Shown: piece by piece, positions 57,844 to 64,000 of the stretch
Layout: the number at the start of each line of letters is the position of its first letter
Position numbering within the stretch: the stretch's first letter is position 1
Assembly: GCA_009914755.4 (NCBI GenBank)
Contig: CP086569.2
Coordinates: forward strand, 13,280,001-13,344,000
DNA length: 64,000 nucleotides
From: the human T2T-CHM13v2.0 reference genome, Homo sapiens
Direction of reading: 5' to 3'
Position numbers and translations under genes: made by a program
Notes under the pieces: model-generated
What the model saw: the letters and a program-made list of their open reading frames with translations, nothing else
The model's database searches: none
What the model was told of the DNA's origin: nothing

Positions 57844-59577
57844 AAATTTTTGGAAAACTATACCAAAGCCACTAATTTTTCAGGGTTAGTTATTACCTTC
57901 AAATGACACTTAACTGACATTTCTGACCATCTAAATGAACTTAACTGAAAAAAAATCAAGGGCTGTATGAAAATAGCATGTACTGAAAACCTTGATGGGT
58001 TCAGAGCAAGAATTTGCTTTTGGTGAAAAGAATTACATGGTTCACTGCTGATGGTTTTAGAATTTGAATCCTAAAGAACTGTTAAAATGAGCAGGACTAT
58101 ATCTGTGCATGCATGAAAAGAAAAGTCATTGTTTCAAAATACTAGACAGGAAAAAGTTTGATGGTATTTGAAATCCAGTGGCCCTATCACAATACAGTTC
58201 AACATGACATTAATCAATGAGTAAAATGGAAAGACGTATGAGATTTAACAGTCTCACTTAAGATGGCAATAAAAGATGGTGTGAATGAAAATTTCCGTTT
58301 TCATAGATGCATAAACCTGATTTCCCAAGAAGCCAATGGATGCAAAGAAAGAGTGAGTGGATTTAATGAACAAACACAAACAATATTAGAAAATACTTGC
58401 TGAAGACAGATCAGACTGCCATTCTTGGAGATGATGCAGTGGATAGTGAGCCCTTGTCATTGAGTATAAATGCATTAGAAGGTGGAGAATTGCTAGAAAT
58501 CAGAAGGAAAGTTGATGAAACTGATTTATGTGTTAAGGTAAATTAGTCTTTAAAATCTCTGGAAGAAAAAGCAATGAAATTTACACATAATTATCTGAAA
58601 GTGGATAAAATAACAGTATACAGATTGTATGAAAAGTCTCCAAAATGAACAAGACAGAAAACACACACACAATTTGAAAGTCAAATTCCAAAATGTCTGC
58701 AAAAACATAAAGTCTTAGTAAATTGTACTCCCCCCATCAACATAATGAATGATCAGCAAAGATTGAAGGTGAATTTACCCTGGAAAGAAGAAGGAGAATC
58801 TTTCCCAAGCAGCTGAAAAGATCATCTATTCATTCAGGGAAATGAATGCCTATGGAATTCAAGCAAAAATTCTTCCAGCAAAAAAATATCAGAAAGAACT
58901 ACTGATTTTTAGCAATTACCCTGAGAGGATAAAGCTCATCTTGTTTGAAGACTTAATGAGAAAACTTGGGGACTTGTTTAACTTAAGAAAATGTATGTAT
59001 CGGGAAAAAAAATTGAGGGGGAAATTAAAATTTTCAAAAAGTATCTTTATGTTCTTGGTGTTCAAGTAAAGCAAGGATTGGTGGATGTGTAAAGATTCTC
59101 ACAGAGCTCCCAGGAATTCTTTGGATAACTGGATCCCCAAGAAAAATTTAAATTTAGATTATTCCTCAGTTATTTTTCGCATGCAAAAAACACAGGGAAA
59201 GGATTCCTCCATTAGACCTACTGGGTCCTGATAGCAATTTCTCCCCAAATGCAGGACTGACTCACCGTGGTGTTCCTCATCCTGGAAGACAATTTTTCGT
59301 TAAATCATGACAGTATCTTTCAGCTTCAGAAATAGAGGTAACTCATCATTTGCCAGAGTGCAGTCATGTGACTTCACCTACCCACAAGGGATGCTGGGAA
59401 ATGTAGTTGAGCTGGGGAACCATGACCGCAGTTCCATACACTAGAAATACAGCACTGTTGAAATTATTAAGACAGAAAGAAGAGATTTGGGTGGACAACG
59501 TGTGCATTCTCTAAGACTCCGTGTTTTTAGTTAGGTTGAGCAGCCTTGGCTTCATGGTCTTGACTTCTGAAACAATT

Positions 59578-60510
59578 CTTTTATTTTTATTTGTATTTTA
59601 AGTTCCAGAGTACATGTGCAGGAAGTGCAGGTTGTTACATAGGTAAATGTGTGTCATGGTGGTTTGCTGCATCTATCAACCTACCCTCTAGGTATTAAGC
59701 CCAGCATGCATTAGCTATTTTTCCTGATGCTCTCCCTCCCCACACTCCACCTGCCAACAGGCCCCAGTGTGTTTTGTTCCCCTCCCTGTGTCCATGTGTT
59801 CTCATTGTTCAGCTCCCACTTACAAGTGAGAACATGCAGTGTTTGGTTTTCTGTTCTTGCATAAGTTTGCTGAGGATAATGGCTTCCAGTTCCATCCATG
59901 TCCCTACAAAGGACATGATCTCATTCCTTTTTATAGCGGCATATATATATACATATGCACACACACAGACACGTGTGTGTGTGTGTGTACCACATTTTCT
60001 TTACCCAGTATATTACTTTACCCAGTAAAGTACCACATTTTCTGTGTAAGTACCACATTACCCAGAAAAGTACCACATTACCCAGTAAAGTACCACATTT
60101 TCTTTACCCAGTATATTACTGGTGGGCATTTAGTTTGATTCTATGTCTTTGCTATTGTGAATAGTGCTCCAATGAACATACACATGCATGTATCTTTGTA
60201 ATAGAATGGTTTATATTCCTTTGGGTATACACCCAGTAATGAGATTGCTGGGCGGAATAGTATTTCTGGGTCTAGATCTTTGAGGAATCACCACACCATC
60301 TTCCACAACGGTTGAACTAGCTTCCATTCCCACCAACAGTGTAAAAGTGTTTCTATTTCTCCACCATCTCGCCAGCATCTGTTGTTTCTTGACTTTTTAA
60401 TAATCACCATTCAGACTGGTGTGAGATGTTATCTCACTGCGGTTTTGATTTGCATTTCCTTAATGATCAGTGATGTTATGTTGAGCTTTTTTTCATGTTT
60501 GTTGCTTTTG
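59578..60510 (-). mobile_element. L1 3' fragment, antisense, carrying an internal (CA)n plus a ~26-bp minisatellite expansion (59940-60120)
   Basis: tttaagttccagagtacatgtgcaggaagtgcaggttgttacatagg...cacttacaagtgagaacatgcagtgtttggttttc...; repeated taccacatt(ttct/acc)cagtaaag units. Confidence 0.85.
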
Positions 60511-60649
60511 AGCCAATCCTAAGAAATGCTCTATGTATTTCGATGAGATTGATTTTATTTACACTAACAGAAAAGCTTGTTTTTTTCCCCAACCCCTGGG
60601 CAGCCCTTACTGCCTCCCAGGCACCACTGAGAATGCTTTTCACACATTA

Positions 60650-61005
<356 letters not shown>

Positions 61006-64000
61006 TAGCATACCTCTCCTTTGTTGCCCCCAAATGGGATAACCATGGCCCAGAGAGGTTGTATAACTTGCCTAAGTGTGCACACCTTGAAATGGAGAAA
61101 CCAGGTTGTGAATCTGTAAATTGAGTGTCAGAGTCTGGAATTTAACCCTGAGTAATCTTGCGTACTACCTCTACAGGCAAGCTAAACTAATTCCTCATCA
61201 TTTTTGTTTAATTAGGGGGAAGAAACATGTACACAGCATGTGTTAACGTATATATTCATTCCCTGGAACTGCTATAGCAAAGTATTGCAAACTGAGTGGC
61301 CTAAACAATGGACATTTGTTTATTCTTGCACAGTTCTGGGGGCCAGAAGTACAAAACCAGGGTGTCTGCAAGGCTGTGCTCCCTCTGAAGTCTCTAGGGA
61401 AGGATCTGTTCCAGGGTCCTCTTGCTCTTTGGGTTGTTCTCTGGCTTGTAGTAACATCACTCTACAGCCTTCTCCTTGTGTGACTACCTGTATCCAAATC
61501 CCACATTCTTATAAAGACACCAGGCATGTGGGATTAGGAACTCACCTCACTCCAGTATAACCTCATTTCAATAAACTAATTACCTCTGCAATAGACTTAT
61601 TTTCAATAAGGCCACATTCTGAGGTGCCAGGGGTTAGGACTTCAACATATGAATTTGAGGGGACATAATTCAACTCATATCAGTGTGTTAATACTGTGCT
61701 TGTGTATGTGTGTGTGTTTGTATGTGGTGTGTTTCTGTGTGTAACTGGATATTCCAATTCCAGTAGTCAAAGGCAAATCAGCAGAATCATACTTTCCTCG
61801 CCCCCAAAACCAGAAGAATTTCATATAGTGGTTTATACTTGGACAAAAAAAGTTGTTATTTTTTCATCTGTGTAGAAAAAGTTAAACAAAAATATAGCTC
61901 GTATATTTGTCATTTTCCTCTTCACCCTACTAAAATTAGTCATGTCTTCTCTTCATTCCAACGTGAAGATATTTATCCATTGACCACCAAATGCATTCAA
62001 GTCCCCACAAAGAGAAGGTAAGTGTGGCTTTTAACATTATACAATTGACCCTTGAACAATGTGGGGTAGTGACGGGAATTGACCCTCCGCACAGTTGAAA
62101 GCCCATGTATAACTTTTGACTCTCCAAAAACTTAACTACTCATAGCATACTGTTTGACTGAAAGCCTTGCTGATAACAGTTGAACACATATTTTGTATAT
62201 GTATTACATACCATATTATTACAGTAAAGTAAGCTAAAGAAAATGTTATGAAGAAAATCATAAGGAAGATAAAATTAATGAATTTACTATTTATTAAGTG
62301 GAAGCGGATCACCATAAAGGTCTTCATCCTTATCATCTTCCCATTGAGTAGATGGAGGGTTGGTCCTGCTGTCTCAGTAATGGCAGAGCCAGAAGCAAAC
62401 TCACATATAGGTGGACCTGTGCAGTTCAGCCCTGTGTTGTTCAAGGGTCAGCTGTACAGTCAAGGTTATCCTTCTCTAAAATACATGGAGATGACGTTTT
62501 ATCAAGGCTTTTCTCATCTGTTCAATTCTCACCTTCTCAGCATGAAAACAGAATGTCCAGCAGGTGGTCCTCATGACCCCTCAAAGAGAGGTTCCCCCAA
62601 GCAATCATGATTCAAATATTTTCATCTTAAGTAGCTTGAACGTTAGCCTTGTCACCCAGGTGAATTTAGTCTCATGATTAGGTAACTATGTATTTCATAT
62701 GTTCATAGAGCTATATGTTATATATTTATATCTTGAGCTTTAAAACAGATTTGTTGCATCATATTCACAGCTATGAAGGTTCATAATTTTGGGGCCACTT
62801 CTACAGTCATTTCATAAAATTTATTTGTGAGATATAGAAAAAGCTATGCAATAATCAAATCCATTTATTTTTCTTTTACGTTTATTTAAAATGATTAAAA
62901 ATGGTTTATGATAGTTTTAGAAAATGGAATGGATTAAAGGCTAAAAGTGTTTAGATTCCATTTAAGTAGGTATGTATGTGTGTACGTAACTAAAAGCACA
63001 GAGACTTATTCACAAGAATTTAATTAAGCTCATGCTGAAACTCTTATAGAGAAAACAGTAATTGAGCATCAGACATCACCACTCCTGAAAAAAACCTTCT
63101 ACAAGAATTGAAAAGTGTTGCAGGACCTAATACTGAAATAGGAAATATGGACTATCTTCAAATTGCACAAATGATGCATGAATCTACATTTGAGACCCGC
63201 AACTCCGAGATACCTAATGTGAATGATTAAAGATATTTTACAAACCGGGGAGCTCTTTCAAGTGCTTTCCACTTTCAACCTTCTCTCTTTGAAGATCCCA
63301 ATTCATATTGGTGAGCATAAAACATGCATACTGGGAATTTTTATGGGCCCCATATATACATTCCAGACTGTACATGAATGTCTTCATCTTTGGTTCTGAT
63401 ATTTATGGCAAAGTCTAAATGTTATATGAACATTAACCTTAGTTTACTCAAATTATACCAATATGCCCAAACCATCATTTTTCCGTACCCACAAGTGTTT
63501 CTAAAAGGGAAGGAAAAAGCTGGTACACTTCTTGGATGCCTAAGGATTTAAGATTTCCTACTCTGATGAATAGAAAAAGTATAAACCAAGGAATGCAATG
63601 TTGGTGCCTTAGGAACTAGTACTTACAGAGTATCAAAGACTAAAAACACTACAAAAAGGCTCAATGCCTGATAATCGCCATTTCTGTCTCCTATGTGCCA
63701 AAACATATCAAAACCATATGATTTCCTAGGAAAAAGTATCCCAAGATTTGCCCCAGATGGTTTTAACATCAGTCGTTTTGCACTTAACATTTCAAAATGC
63801 AGCCTTATTTTCTTCAGGTAATAATAATTTTATGTGCAGATATATCAAAGCTGAAAGGATGATCAAACCCTGCTTGTGGGTGTCAGAAATAATGCATCCC
63901 CACTTCACTGGCAATAATGAATGCTCAATGATTTTTTATATCACTGAAGAATTTAGCATCTTTGGAACCTCAACAATATTCTTCATCTCCCAGAAGCTGA

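Overview
This is primate (almost certainly human) genomic DNA, not a prokaryotic locus. About half of it is interspersed repeats: roughly 50 Alu/FLAM copies, several antisense L1 3' fragments (one carrying the ORF2 C-terminus), MaLR/ERV LTRs, a solitary LTR12 and many microsatellites. Two host-gene structures are recognisable by reading exons directly.

- **ARSD-like pseudogene (+ strand, 1297-14976).** These are the last six coding exons of an X-linked arylsulfatase gene that closely matches ARSD as I recall the protein, with canonical splice sites. Five independent reading-frame lesions (four in-frame stop codons and one frameshift) make it an unprocessed pseudogene.
- **GYG2-like 5' end (- strand), convergent with it.** A 1.5-kb CpG island (about 47.9-49.5 kb) is followed by a tiny first coding exon (ATG TCG G|gtgagt, 47941-47947). 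Next comes a 31-codon exon derived from an antisense Alu (34685-34777, [31 protein letters not shown]). Exon 2 (34421-34562) encodes the conserved glycogenin fold start ([48 protein letters not shown]). All three have intact frames and consensus splice sites. No downstream GYG2 body exons could be found in the 15-34 kb interval.

A decayed ARSD copy next to a compacted but partly intact GYG2 5' end resembles the human Y-linked X-degenerate block (ARSDP1/GYG2P1, Yq11.21) more than the Xp22.33 GYG2-ARSD locus. That chromosomal assignment is inference only.

Other notable structure:
- Five large GATA/GGAT (Bkm-like) tetranucleotide arrays, about 3.5 kb in total, plus a clean (AGAT)10-11 STR.
- A 1.3-kb HSat3-like (GAATG)n-derived array with a 42-bp unit, abutting the CpG island.
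- A 25-bp palindromic AT-rich minisatellite at the window start.
- An LTR12 inserted into an Alu inside an ARSD-like intron.
- A local tandem duplication in which only one copy carries a MaLR LTR.
- Paired ERV LTRs separated by a 427-bp spacer.
- An 80-bp x5 VNTR.
- A 150-bp pure purine tract.

The many long ORFs in the six-frame track over the CpG island, the satellite and GATA arrays, the Alus and the L1 are compositional or repeat artefacts.
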